This document shows, piece by piece, positions 23,020 to 34,400 of a DNA stretch of 64,000 nt. Both the position numbers and the translations under genes were made by a program. The stretch lies in assembly GCA_010909165.1 (NCBI GenBank), contig MU008186.1, positions 62,001 through 126,000 of the forward strand, given 5' to 3'. The stretch comes from Anthoceros angustus. Its lineage: Eukaryota > Plantae > Anthocerotophyta. The stretch's first letter is position 1; every line of letters starts with the position of its first letter. The notes under the pieces are model-generated. The model saw only the letters and a program-made list of their open reading frames with translations, searched no databases and was not told the origin of the DNA.

Positions 23020-24170
23020 ATAGACACACATTTATAAAAATACAGTGATTAAACATCCTGAACCAAGATCGATACTTAGATGGGGTGCCTAAAGGAAGTG
23101 GATGCCCTTGGTGCAAATAGCTTAGACACACCATGGTACAAGTTGTTAAGTACCAAGTCACATGAACGAAATCCGTCCTTAGTGGACTTAAATAAAATAA
23201 TTCTTCTTTTTCTTCTCCCCCAAGTGGAAACCCTAAATTTGAGCCCTAAAAAACGCTCCCAAATGAGACGCCGTACGCGAGCTCCGAAAAGTACGGAGCC
23301 ATCCTCCATGTGACCCCTCTACTAAAAAATGGTTTCCGAGCCTTTTGCCGGGAACCGGGACCCGCTCCCTCAAGGTGCCATGGTGCCATGGTGCCATCTG
23401 CCATCTGGCCCTCAGGCTGGAGGGCTGGTGTTGAAGCCAGTGTGTGAGAAGGGAAAGGAAGATGTGCTTTGAGGGCATGCTGACAAGCTAGCTCTGGCAT
23501 TTGGTCTGTTGAACACTCCGAGTGGGACACCTTCGGTGGTAACGAAGAATCTACGCATGTGCAGTGACTGCCACGTCTCCACTGAGAACATAGCGTTCTT
23601 TCTTGGGGTGAATGTGCTTGCTTTACTCCATCCCTAGCCTGTCCAAACTGAGCGATGGGGATGGTTGGCTCGCTCGTGTGGATGCTTGTGATCTGGCTGG
23701 GTCAAGGAGTGCAGGCCTGGAATTTGGCTCAGATCCAGTGGAATCAGGGCAGCGGTTGCTGGATCGAGCTGGCAGCCGTGGCAGGGAGCGTCCGAGGTCA
23801 AGAGTGGAAGGAAGCGCGGCGAGGACGCGGCTCTGTCAACATCCCATCGCATTCCATCCCATCCCGGCTTGGGCTAGGTGTATCCCTAGCTGGGCCACAG
23901 CGGCGGTGTCGGACGTGCCTCGCAGATGATCCGGAATCAGCCTCGGGCTTCGCTTGTGTGTCTAGAAGAAGTATATCACAGTCCACTTGGATGGACGGAA
24001 TTTTTCCTGTCAGGGGACTTGGTACTTAATTAAACCATTCGTACCATGGTGTGCCTGAGCTACGTGCACCAAGGGCATCCACTCCCCTAGGCACCCCATC
24101 TATCTAAGTACATATGTACCGATCTAAGCGGAAGATGCTTAATAACAGCGTGCTTATAAATGTGTGTAAG
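23020..24170. mobile_element. Putative non-autonomous TIR element: diverged ~170-190-bp inverted repeats (23020-23187 and 23981-24170) enclosing captured sequence
   Basis: The left arm (acacacatttataa...gatc..tacttagatggggtgcct...gtggatgcccttggtgca..tagct.ag.cacaccatggtac...taagtaccaagtc...tccgtcc..agtggac) matches the reverse complement of the right arm in long blocks. No target-site duplication identified. Confidence 0.7.
23410..23595 (+). pseudogene. Isolated DYW:KP-type deaminase domain fragment
   Basis: Translates LVLKPVCEKGKEDVL*GHADKLALAFGLLNTPSGTPSVVTKNLRMCSDCHVSTE, matching the KP-type DYW consensus. TGA replaces Cys at 23470-23472 and HAE has become HAD. No PPR motifs adjacent. Confidence 0.88.
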
Positions 24171-24460
24171 GAAATCAGGGTGTGTAGCCACTGGCTGTGT
24201 CAGCTGGCCCAAGGGGACAAATGGACGCAAATGAACAACTGGTGATGGAGGTGGCAACTCCGTTTGTCCAATCCTGGATGGGAGGGTTTGGAGGATGAGA
24301 TGGAGGTGGTTGGAAGTGGTGGATGCAGCGTTGGACTCTTTCGTCGCGAGTTGCGGCCTCAGCACATTGCCAATGTTGCCGGAGCCCTATGCTGCTGTGA
24401 GGCTCGCGAATCTTGCAAGGGCTTGGCCCAGCCAGCGACCTGGTTTAGTTGCAGGTAGAT

Positions 24461-24544
24461 TTCATGCTCAGGAGCTGGCAAAGTTTTGTGTAGTGATCTT
24501 CAAATTCATGCTCGGGAGCTGGCAAAGTTTTGTGTAGTGATCTT
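24461..24544. repeat. Tandem duplication of a 40-bp motif, period 44
   Basis: ttcatgctc(a/g)ggagctggcaaagttttgtgtagtgatctt occurs at 24461 and 24505, with a partial third copy near 24696. Confidence 0.85.
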
Positions 24545-25102
24545 TATTCTTGGCTCAAATTGAGCAATCCTTTGAGATACTTTGAGAGGTCCTCGACTCT
24601 TACAAGCTTCATTCTTGGGATGGACAAGACATCCCATCCCATCCCATCCCACTCTCTCTGCTAGACTGTCGGTGTGGCCAAGTTGTGGTTTGGACAGGAG
24701 CTGGCAAAGTTGCTTTGGGCTTCCACCGCCGCAAGCCGAATCTCAAAATTCGTGCACCATGGTTGGTGTTTCGTGTCTTTTATTATTGTTTATGTTGGAC
24801 CGTTTCGTGCTCTGAGTCGTCTCATGAACGGGTCAATGTCATAAGGGCGGGCCGCGGAAGGATTCAGCGCTACGCAAAATATGTACAGTGGCCGGGCCCC
24901 AGCCGTCTCTTCCGTGCGTGGGTACAGTCCTATCCGGAGCTCGAGGCACGGAAAGGCCGAGGAACAAATCAAACCAGATCATGAAAAAGGATGAAGCTTC
25001 ACATTCAAGCCTCCCGGCTCCCTATGTCCTACTCCAGCTGCCCCCGTCTTCTACGTCTGCTGCTCCAGCTCCAGCATTGCCATAGCCGCCTTCCGAGCAT
25101 TC

Positions 25103-25223
25103 TGAGCTGGAGCAGCTGTAGCGGCTGGAGCAGCGGTAGCGGCTGGAGCAGCTGCAGCAGCTGAAGCTGAAGCAGGAGCAGCAGCTGAAGCAGCAGCAGC
25201 AGCTGAAGCAGGAGCAGCAGCTG

Positions 25224-25257
<34 letters not shown>

Positions 25258-25259
25258 TG
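25103..25259. repeat. CAG/CTG-rich low-complexity tract ending in (CAG)10
   Basis: Seen directly; 15-18-bp sub-repeats (cagcagctgaagcag, ctggagcagc.gtagcgg). Confidence 0.9.
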
Positions 25260-25265
25260 TAGGAG

Positions 25266-28175
25266 ATGTCATCCGTGTGGCCGGCCGAGTGCGCTGCGGG
25301 CAACCCGCCATGCCCGACCTGCCAGGCCCGGGATGGCCTCGTCTCGGACTACTGCAATTGCATGGACGAGTACAACAAGCTGAACCAGGACCTGCGCACC
25401 AACAAGGTGGCCAGTGCCATCGGCGGGCTGGGAATTGTGGCGTACGCTGCGGCCTCCATCACGACCTCCATTTTCACCGGCGTGTCCTTGCCGAAGTTGG
25501 GAGCCGGCAGAAACAGGGCCTCCTCCAAGTCGCAGGATGATGGTGTGCGGGAGCAGAAGCTGGTGCGCCTGGAGCACGTCTACAAGCGGATGCAGCAGCT
25601 CGAGCTTCAGATTCCCACCTTGTTCTGTCCCCTCGGGAACGGATCCACCGTGCCTGCGGCTTACTACATGGCGAGGGGATCGTGGCACACGGGAAGCGCC
25701 TCCGGTTCCCGGCTTCAGCAGCTTCCATCCGTCGAATACAGGGGATCGCAATGTGCCCCTGACACATGGAATGCGGCTCCGGTTCCCGGCTCCAGCAGCT
25801 TCCATCCGTCGAATACGGTGGATCGCAATGTGCCCGCACGGATCCCTGGACCTGGATATAGCCCTGGAGTGTCCATGGCACCTTCGGAGCGTGCAGGGAG
25901 GTATGCGGTTGGATCAGTTCAGCGCGGGGACTGCCATGATCCTCCCCATGCAGAATTAGGGTTCGACGATGGGAACCGGGCAGGGTCGGGAGAATTTGCA
26001 AGAGGTCACCAGATCCCTGTTGCAGGGCCGTACCGTGGGGGCATGGGAGATGGCGTTGATCCGGCAACGATGCGTTCTTCAGACTGGTCTCGTGGCACCA
26101 TGTACCAACACGGCCCTGCAGCTCCTGCGGAACTCTACCGTCCAGGCGCTGGGACAGGGTCTGGAGGTGTGTCAGGGGGAGGAGGAGGAAGTTCCCATGG
26201 TGATAACTCACGGATGCGAAACACGGGGCCTCCTGCACACGTTCCTGCTGCTCATCTGTACCATGTGGTGGGAGAGGGTGTTGAGCCAGCAAGGCCGCGT
26301 TCTTCAGACTCCTCCCGTGGCACCATGTACCATCGTGGATATTCTGATCACGGCTCTGCAGTTTCTCGACAAACGTACGATGGAGGCTCTGGAGGTTTAT
26401 CGGGAGGAGGAAGTTTCTATGGTGATCACTCACGAATGGTGAACACCGGATCAGCTACATACAATCCTGCTCCACAGGTCTACCATGCGGTGGTGGAGGG
26501 GGGTTTTGATGGGAGTGGTGTGCTCCACGCCGGAGGGCCTTCGTCTGGGGGGCAGGCAAATCATGCACCTGCTGATCTGTACAATGTGGTGGGAGAGGGT
26601 GTCGAGCCAGCGAGGCCGCGGTCTTCAAACTCCTCCCGTGGCACCATGTACCATCGTGTATATTCTGATCTCGGTCCTGCAGTTTCTCGAGAAACGTACG
26701 ATGCAGGCTCTGGAGGTTTATCGGGAGGAGGAAGTTTCTATGGTGACAACCCACGAATGATGAACACGGGATCAGCTACACACAATCCTGCTCCACAGGT
26801 CTACCATGCGGTGGTGGAAGGGGGTTTTGATGGGAGTGGTGTGGTCCACGCAGGAGGGCCTTCGTCTGGCGGGCAGGCCAATCATGCAGCTGCCCATCTG
26901 TACAATGTGGTGGGAGAGGGTGTTGAGCCAGCAAGGCCGCGGTCTTCAGACTCCTCCCGTGGCACCATGTACCATCGTGGATATTCTGCTCACGGCCCTG
27001 CAGGTTCTCGAGAAGCGTACGATGCAGGTTCTGGAGGTGTATCGGGAGGAGGAAGTTTCTATGAGGACAGCTCACAAATGATGAGAACGGGATCAGCTAC
27101 ACACAATCCTGCTCCACAGGTCTACCATGCGGTGGTGGAAGGGGGTTTTGATGGGAGTGGTATGGTCCACGCAGGAAGGCCTTCGTCTGGCGGGCAGGCC
27201 AATCATGCAGCTGCTGAGCAAAATGAAGACTCGGCCGAGGATTCGAGTTCAGAGCAGTCAGATGGCGATGAGCAAGGTGACATCTCACGGCCTCAGGAGA
27301 TGGAAGGCAGTGCACACCTTATCCAGGGTCAACCTCCTCATATCCGGGAAGAAGCAACCTCGTCAGGTGAGGAGACTTCAGAGGATGAGGAAGAAGACGA
27401 AGAAGAAGAGGGAAAGGAAAGCCCACAGCCCCAGGCTCAATGGGTATCACAAAAACCGGCTGGAAGGCCACCAGAGTCTGCTACGGGCTGGAGAGGGCCT
27501 CCAGGGGGCAAGGGACAACTCGTTGCTCAATCGTATAGTGCACAGCCGGGTGCTCAATCATACGATGCACAGCCTGGTGCTCAACCGTACAATGCCCAGC
27601 TGGGTGCACAGCCTCATCAAGCACCGCCTACAGGACAACCACAGCCTAAAGGACAACCGCAACCACAGCCTAGAGGACAACCGCAACCACAGCCTAGAGG
27701 TCAACCGTCCCCTACAGGGTGGAGTGCTGAAGGTCAGGTGCTGCCTAGTTTTGCCCATGCTTCGCTTTCGCAGCCACCGCCTAGAGGACAACCGCAGCCA
27801 CCGCCTGGAGGGCAACCGCAACCTCAGCCAAGAGGACAACCACCCCCTGCAGGGTGGCGCCCTGAAGGTCAAGTGCTGCCTAGTTCTGCCCATGCTTCCC
27901 TATCGGTGCAGTTTCAGGAGTCCATGAACCTCCGTGAGGTGTCCCCGAGTGTTCAGCAGCGGCCAGCGGTGGGTCCTGGAGCGGGAGCAAGATCTATGAA
28001 CGGAAACCATGCCTGCGATGTCTGCACCAGAAGCTTTCAGCCACAGGAGTCTCTATACAAATGCAAAACCTGCTGGAGTGTGAGTTTGTGTGCCTCGTGT
28101 CACAGTAGGCGTGATTTCGTCCACCCTGATCACCAGTTCACGCCTTCCTCTTTCAGTTTGCAAGTTTCTCAATAA
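25266..28175 (+). CDS. 969-aa repeat-rich protein: Cys-containing/hydrophobic N-terminus, 107-aa repeats, acidic block, Q/P repeats, C-terminal ZZ-type zinc finger
   Basis: Single long ORF. The C-terminus CDVC...YKCKTC...LCASC...HPDH fits the ZZ finger spacing. The main repeat period (321 bp) is a multiple of 3 and keeps the frame. Confidence 0.8.
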   Translation: MSSVWPAECAAGNPPCPTCQARDGLVSDYCNCMDEYNKLNQDLRTNKVASAIGGLGIVAYAAASITTSIFTGVSLPKLGAGRNRASSKSQDDGVREQKLVRLEHVYKRMQQLELQIPTLFCPLGNGSTVPAAYYMARGSWHTGSASGSRLQQLPSVEYRGSQCAPDTWNAAPVPGSSSFHPSNTVDRNVPARIPGPGYSPGVSMAPSERAGRYAVGSVQRGDCHDPPHAELGFDDGNRAGSGEFARGHQIPVAGPYRGGMGDGVDPATMRSSDWSRGTMYQHGPAAPAELYRPGAGTGSGGVSGGGGGSSHGDNSRMRNTGPPAHVPAAHLYHVVGEGVEPARPRSSDSSRGTMYHRGYSDHGSAVSRQTYDGGSGGLSGGGSFYGDHSRMVNTGSATYNPAPQVYHAVVEGGFDGSGVLHAGGPSSGGQANHAPADLYNVVGEGVEPARPRSSNSSRGTMYHRVYSDLGPAVSRETYDAGSGGLSGGGSFYGDNPRMMNTGSATHNPAPQVYHAVVEGGFDGSGVVHAGGPSSGGQANHAAAHLYNVVGEGVEPARPRSSDSSRGTMYHRGYSAHGPAGSREAYDAGSGGVSGGGSFYEDSSQMMRTGSATHNPAPQVYHAVVEGGFDGSGMVHAGRPSSGGQANHAAAEQNEDSAEDSSSEQSDGDEQGDISRPQEMEGSAHLIQGQPPHIREEATSSGEETSEDEEEDEEEEGKESPQPQAQWVSQKPAGRPPESATGWRGPPGGKGQLVAQSYSAQPGAQSYDAQPGAQPYNAQLGAQPHQAPPTGQPQPKGQPQPQPRGQPQPQPRGQPSPTGWSAEGQVLPSFAHASLSQPPPRGQPQPPPGGQPQPQPRGQPPPAGWRPEGQVLPSSAHASLSVQFQESMNLREVSPSVQQRPAVGPGAGARSMNGNHACDVCTRSFQPQESLYKCKTCWSVSLCASCHSRRDFVHPDHQFTPSSFSLQVSQ
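26240..27210 (+). repeat. Three ~321-bp coding tandem repeats within the ZZ-finger gene
   Basis: LY(H/N)VVGEGVEPARPRSS recurs at ~26255, ~26576 and ~26897; shadow ORFs in the track also repeat with period 321. Confidence 0.9.
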
Positions 28176-28493
28176 CCACAAGGGAAGCTCCGGAGGTCTA
28201 TCACATCTTTGAGATGGTCTTAGATATCCGTCTGTGCCTCTATAAAAAGAGTGGGTTGTATCCGTTTCTGGAGTTCAGATTGTGTACAGATTCCTGCCAT
28301 TGCCGCAGAATTGAAGGTCCTGCAGACAGCAGAGCAGAGAAGCGACGTCAACATGTATGAAACTTGCGGCAAGTGAGCTTACGTTAGCAAGGTGTGCCTA
28401 CTTGGAACTCCCGGAGCAGCTCAGCAGTAGCCTCGCGAGACTCCCATGTCGCAGTGACTGTCCCTGAAGGGTCCTTTCATCAGACCAACTGTA

Positions 28494-31400
28494 TCATGTA
28501 GCTAGTGACAGGAGCAGAGCCGTCCCTCTCTTCACCCAGTGATCTGAGTTTGTGGCTCCCGTCTTCAGTGTCACACTCAGTATCCAGCTTGGTCGTTCTC
28601 GCGGGCCTGTTCGAATGGGATATAAAAACAGGGGGCTACTGTACACACCCTTGGGTGTCTTGTTCTTATTTTTGATGGGCTTGAAGTGCATTATTGGCAT
28701 GGGGACAATCAACTCCATTGCTTTTGGTTCCTGTGGACACACAGCAGCTCAAACTGTCTAGTCCGTCTAGCAGCAGTTCCCATTACGTTTATCAAATCAA
28801 ACGTGAGCAGAGGTTTATGACAAGCTGCCTACCGTCAGGTATTCATTTTGGTGATCCCAACCGGCCCCCTCCAAGTACAGTCCCTTTACATAGATGCCTT
28901 CCTTGGGGCCCTCCAGAATATCAGCTTCGTCCTTGTTGACGACAGAGAACTCCCACACGAGAGTGTCGATAGGTATGAGGTTCTTTCGTGCCGTAGTTTG
29001 CAGGACTGCAGTAAGAAAATCTGCAGGGTATGTGAATCCGGCAAGCCAGTACACAGTGGGATAAACTCCCTCTGCCCACGTCCTTATCTCCAGTAGTCTT
29101 TGCATGAGATCCCTCGTCCATGGTCCCAGTGGTTTGATGGTTGGATAGGCCCTGCGAGGTGGTAGTCACCACCACAACCATAGTAATCAGAGCTCAATCG
29201 CGAGAACATTGCTTTGAGAACTGAGATGCTTTTGACTTACTTCACCCAGATGGGAGGAACACGTGCATCAGCAAGTGAGTTGAAAATCACATTTAACTCA
29301 GGGGACATGACTACTAGCCCTTGAATTCCCTTCTGTAACTTCTCACAGTTCTCACGAATGTTGACAAGCAGGATGTTAAATCGCTCGATTTCTTGGAAGA
29401 GCAAAGTGTGCAAGGCAGATGGATCATAGGCTTTGAACCTCTGTATCTCCGCCAAATCAAAAGGTTCAGGAACCTGATCCAAACACAGGTTGGACTGCTT
29501 AGCAAACAAGCTACTCCCTTAGGAAAATTGAGATAACAAAGTTTGCGGAGGTTAACGTACCTGGGCCAGCAAATCAGTAGTTATGTCTATGACAGTGTCC
29601 TCCCTGCTTTTGCCACCCTTGCTTGCTGTTACCTTGGGCTGAAGACTTGTGATGGTCTCCAAAATCAGTCTGCTGTCTGATAGTTGGAAAGCAATGTCAG
29701 CGTTGGCATGCTGCCCAAAAGCCTCAGGCCTATCTACACCAGGCAGGCCTGCAATGAACTCTCTGTGGCTCTCGAGAGTTCCATCATCCGGCACGTGGTA
29801 CTCAGAAAGCGTGGACAGTTCAAAGTTCGGTTGACTGAGGATTTCTTCACAGTAGAATTGATTCAGGTAGGATGTAAGCACACGACGATCAAGCTCATCA
29901 GTCACCCTGCCACCATAATTCGCTTGTGATATCAGGAATTTTAGAGCATCAAACGGTGTCTCCTCATACTCATCAAGGTAAGTCTTTAGGAGGTCATCCG
30001 AGACCTGGCAAAGACCCACAAAGGTGCTTAGCATGCTTGCCCCCTTGAAGAGCCAGAAACTTAACAGGAGAGGACTTAGCTAACCTGAAAGTCTGTGTCA
30101 TTGAAGTCATACGGGATGTTCAGACCAAGAGTGCCAAACTTGCGTCGCTCAAGGAGCACACTGTGGAAGTAAGCAAGAGCGAAAAACAGCTTCTGATACT
30201 TCTCTTGTGCTTTGCATTGAAGAAAAGACTCTTCTGTTGTCTGATTATAGAGCCTCATCAAATTGGACCGTAACCCCTGCAGTTCAGCTTCAATTAATTT
30301 ACAGAGCCATGAATTGTATTAACTCATGTCGCTGGCATCCACAAACTTCGACACAGGGACCAGACCTTGGGAGGTTCAGCGGTCAACTTCACGCTCCTCT
30401 GTAGGATGGAAATTGGGAAATCCTCATGTGGTACACTAGAAAGCCACAATCTGAAGGCTTCGTTTGGCTTCGACTTTTCAACAGTTTGTATCAGCTTCTC
30501 AAGTGATGGCAACCATCTGGTCATGAGATGACAATTCGCCAGAAATACCCATCCTCCTGACTTCGACTGCCAGCAAAAAATTGCTTTGGTTAGATTCCAC
30601 TGCTTTGTCGTAGGCAGGCCGATAAGCAATGGGAGTGGCGCGAATTGCAGTGTGGATGGTAGTTCCAGCTTACTGCTTCGTTGATTAGTTTCACAGCAAC
30701 TGGACCCTGGCCCTGTCCAAGAGCTATTGAATGGAACTTGTCGGCCATTGCATTTTGCGCGGCAAACTGCATCAGACCAGCAGTAGGATCCACTCCTGGA
30801 CAAGGACGGATTGTCAAAAGCACTGCCTCATGAGCTGATACTGTTCCTGATATGTCTACAGCATACCGTGAAGTGCATTTTACCAGCTGAAAGGATGAAC
30901 ATGAGCGGGCTTGTTGGTCCAGAATCTCCAAAAGCCTCCGCTAGATCAAGAATGGGCGGCTCCACAAATTTCTGTCCCAGTACGTTGGACACATAAGCTG
31001 TAATTGCAAAAATCACCCGATCCTGCAGTACGTAATGGTGTAACGGATTAGAACTTGTGGCATTCAAATTTCCCGTCACATTAGCGATGCATTCAGCCAG
31101 AGTATGGTTGGACTCACCATCCGGAAACAGCGTAGGACGATCATATGCTGCAATTCAGTGCATTTGTCTTCCCAATCTCCTGGCAGCTCAATTGCCTCTG
31201 GCTCAGGGTGATCAAACCACTGCTTCCACTTTAGAGCATCGGTTGTCAAGCTTTGAATCTGCATGTCGCGAGACTTTATCAAGGGACCAGATCACAGGAT
31301 ACTTGCAAACAGGCATCCATCAGATGGACATTACAAATGCCAGGTAAGATGATAACATACGTATCCTTCAAACTGGGTTGGCAGAGCTTTAATCAGTTCA

Positions 31401-34400
31401 GTGACGTTATCCCAGGCAAGCTCATTGATCCACTCTGGACAAGGATTTGGAATTTGATTTGTTCTGTCAAGCACAGTTCCACCTCGAAGGAAGAATTGCC
31501 ATTCATCATTGGTTATCTGATTTGCAGCCTGGAGAACCTTGGCTGCAATCTGCAGCAGTGCAAGGGTGAAATTCCAGCAATCTGTCCAACGTTCCTAGGT
31601 GCAATACACCGTGAAGTACTTTGAGTCTTTACCTGGAGGGATAGGAGCAACTTATGCTTCTCAAAAAGCCCCCTGGTGGTGTACTTGTAGACAGCATAAG
31701 TGTGATATTCCACTAGGCCCTTGATCCTCTCATTCAAGTTTTCAGATCTGCAGTTCCCATGCACAGTCAACCATCCTTCAGACCTGTGCTGTTTCTGGCA
31801 TCGCAGGGGCCATCCCTCCTTCCTCTCTGGTAGGAAATCAAATAAAATCTAGCATCTCAAACAGAATGCTGACTGGTTTTGATTGTGGTAGAGGATAGTA
31901 CGGGGGCGACTTCGCTATTGAGATCAGGAACAGCTCTGTGTAGGCCTGGAGGGAGAATTGATACATAGGATCAATGCCCACTAGTTCAATTAAGATGAAG
32001 TAGAGCAACGACGCTCGTTCAGCACATGGCTTGTACGCAGCACTGGCTACGTCAATCTTCTTAGCTGTTACTTCTGCAACTTCAATGGACTGCTTCACCT
32101 GCACTCCAACAAAGGTGCTTGCGGGTTAACGAAGCACGTGCTAACAACATACAGGGCTGATGGAATCCGGGCTTTGTAGCTCGTTTTGATTGACTTGCAC
32201 GTTGAGGGAGTGGAGCAAACCGTTTCCCAGGTCTCCTTGGATGTGTCAAGAGTTGCAATTAGCTCAAGGTTTTCTAAAATGGGGCCTTCTGCTGTGGCAA
32301 GCATCCTCAGGATATCGTCTTCACATCGAGTCTGCGTCTTTTTACCTTGAGACACCTGGGACATTATACACACAAGATTATAGTAAGTCACATGCTTCCA
32401 ATGGTCCGATAACACTCAGAATGAATTCGTCATCCAATTACCGTGACAATCAGTTCATTTCGCTGCTTATCCAAGTCAGGTCTTTCCTTTTGAACTACAA
32501 GTGTCAACAGCTGTGCTTCTAGACTTTCCTCCTTCACAGCAAAATTTATTATGGTCGTTTTCGTTGATATCTCAGGTGAGAAACTTGGATTAGCTAGTTT
32601 TGTTGTGATATAGAGCCTGAAGTTCGCATTGTAGTCCACCTCCTTGTCCCCAAGCCTAATAAACACCTGGATCACAAAGAGGGGAAGTTTTCAACATAAG
32701 TGATATGCAGCACCTCAGATGGACACCTGGTCACTGGGAAAAGATATCCCAAGAAAGCCCAGCAAGAACATGATGCAGAGCGTCCAACCCCTTTTCCCCG
32801 TTTGATAAAAGATTTTGATAGGATTGGTTCCAGTGATGGATCTATCTCTTGCAATATGTCCACTAACAACACTGGCTTTCCATTTTGTACAGCATCTTCC
32901 ATGATGCGTAAGAGGCTGTCCATCTGCCAAAGCACCAACGAGAAAAGGTCACACGAGAACCTGCTGTTGAGTGAGGGTGCTGGGCACAATGATAGCTGCT
33001 GCATGGTGGGGTGGGTGCTTGGACAAAGAGAGATCATTCCAGAAAGAAACACAGGACTGAATCCATGAGGTACACAGAAGCTTACTTGGAGATCAACCAC
33101 TTCTAGCCCATTCATTCCTTCATAATTCTTAACCCATTTTTTCGCTTGTTCCTGACGCGACAGCAGATATAAAGGCACTCGTCAGACACAACAAGCTCTG
33201 CAAACAATTGCACTGTGACGATTGTTGCCAAAGGGCACCTGCGGGTCAATCATAAGCGGCCATCGGTTGCTTCGTGTGACTAAAACTCCATTTTCAGTCG
33301 AAAAAGAGTCAGCTGGCAGTCCTTGTAGGTTCCATTCCCTTACATCACCAGCATCTGCCAGGAAGCTGGCTAATGCAAAAGTTGGAGATGAAGGAATTGC
33401 TAGCTTCAGTACCTAGAGCAAAAGAGAGTTCGGACCGCATTCTTGTGAGTTTGAACTTTTGGTGAGGGGGAAAGTTCTGGAGCACCACTGAACTATACAC
33501 AAGAATAAAGAGGCTGCCTCGATCCCATACCTCAGCTTTCCATGCAGTGACAAGCTCATCACGGTAATCAGATACAAAGGGTCCCACATATGAAAGAAAA
33601 GCTGCAGCTAGAAGACAGTCTCCTGGGAGTTTCTTGACACCTTCCTCCAGACTAGCAATTGACAATTCCCACCTTTGTTTCTCTCCGGCCAATCCTGACA
33701 CTAACTTCTCTGCTCGAAATAGTTTCACCTGCATAATTGTAAGGACCAAAAGTCAGGAGACACACATCGTTTAACCTTTGCATCACTGTGAAGAAAAGAG
33801 GGAGAATGTACTTCAAGGTCGTCAAGTTCTGTTTGCAACGCTTCTTTGGAAGAGATGGACTTCTCATATTTCTCCTTGAGTGCTGCTACTTTCAATCTAA
33901 CCTCCTCCAGCTTGTTCCTGACCGTGAAGCAAGGGTTGGACGTGATTTAGTAAGTACCCCTAACCTAGGCCAGGCGGCAACCCGATGATTTTTCTCACGA
34001 AACTCAAATGGCACAACACACTTCCAACAATTTTAAGCATGTGCACCTTGCATCCTGCAAGGCTGCCTCCATTTTGGCCAAGTTGTCCTGAGCAGCTTTC
34101 AGTCGTGCTTTCTTTGGTGCTACTTCCTTTGCTATATACCCATAAGTCTCCATTGCACGTACCTGCAGCCAGCCACAACAGCTAGCATAAATAAAGCAGC
34201 CGCTTATGTTTGTAACTTCACTTGCAGTCTAAGCTATGGGTTTTTTATTGCTTCTTACCCACAGACAAAGCCCTCTAGCTGCACTTGACACCTTTCCAAT
34301 AATTTCAGGAGTGAATTCAGGGTCTGAAGTGAACTTGTTCACCTTCTTCAGCAGCGAATCTACCTGCAGAGGCACACCCAGATTAACAACATTTGTCCTG

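Noticed and set aside
23470-23472. Rescue of the TGA in the DYW fragment by U-to-C editing
   Set aside because: UGA edited to CGA gives Arg, not the conserved Cys, and the catalytic Glu is also lost.
25474-26433. 319-aa minus-strand ORF and periodic shorter ORFs
   Set aside because: Shadows of the repeat region of the 969-aa gene; they repeat with the same 321-bp period.
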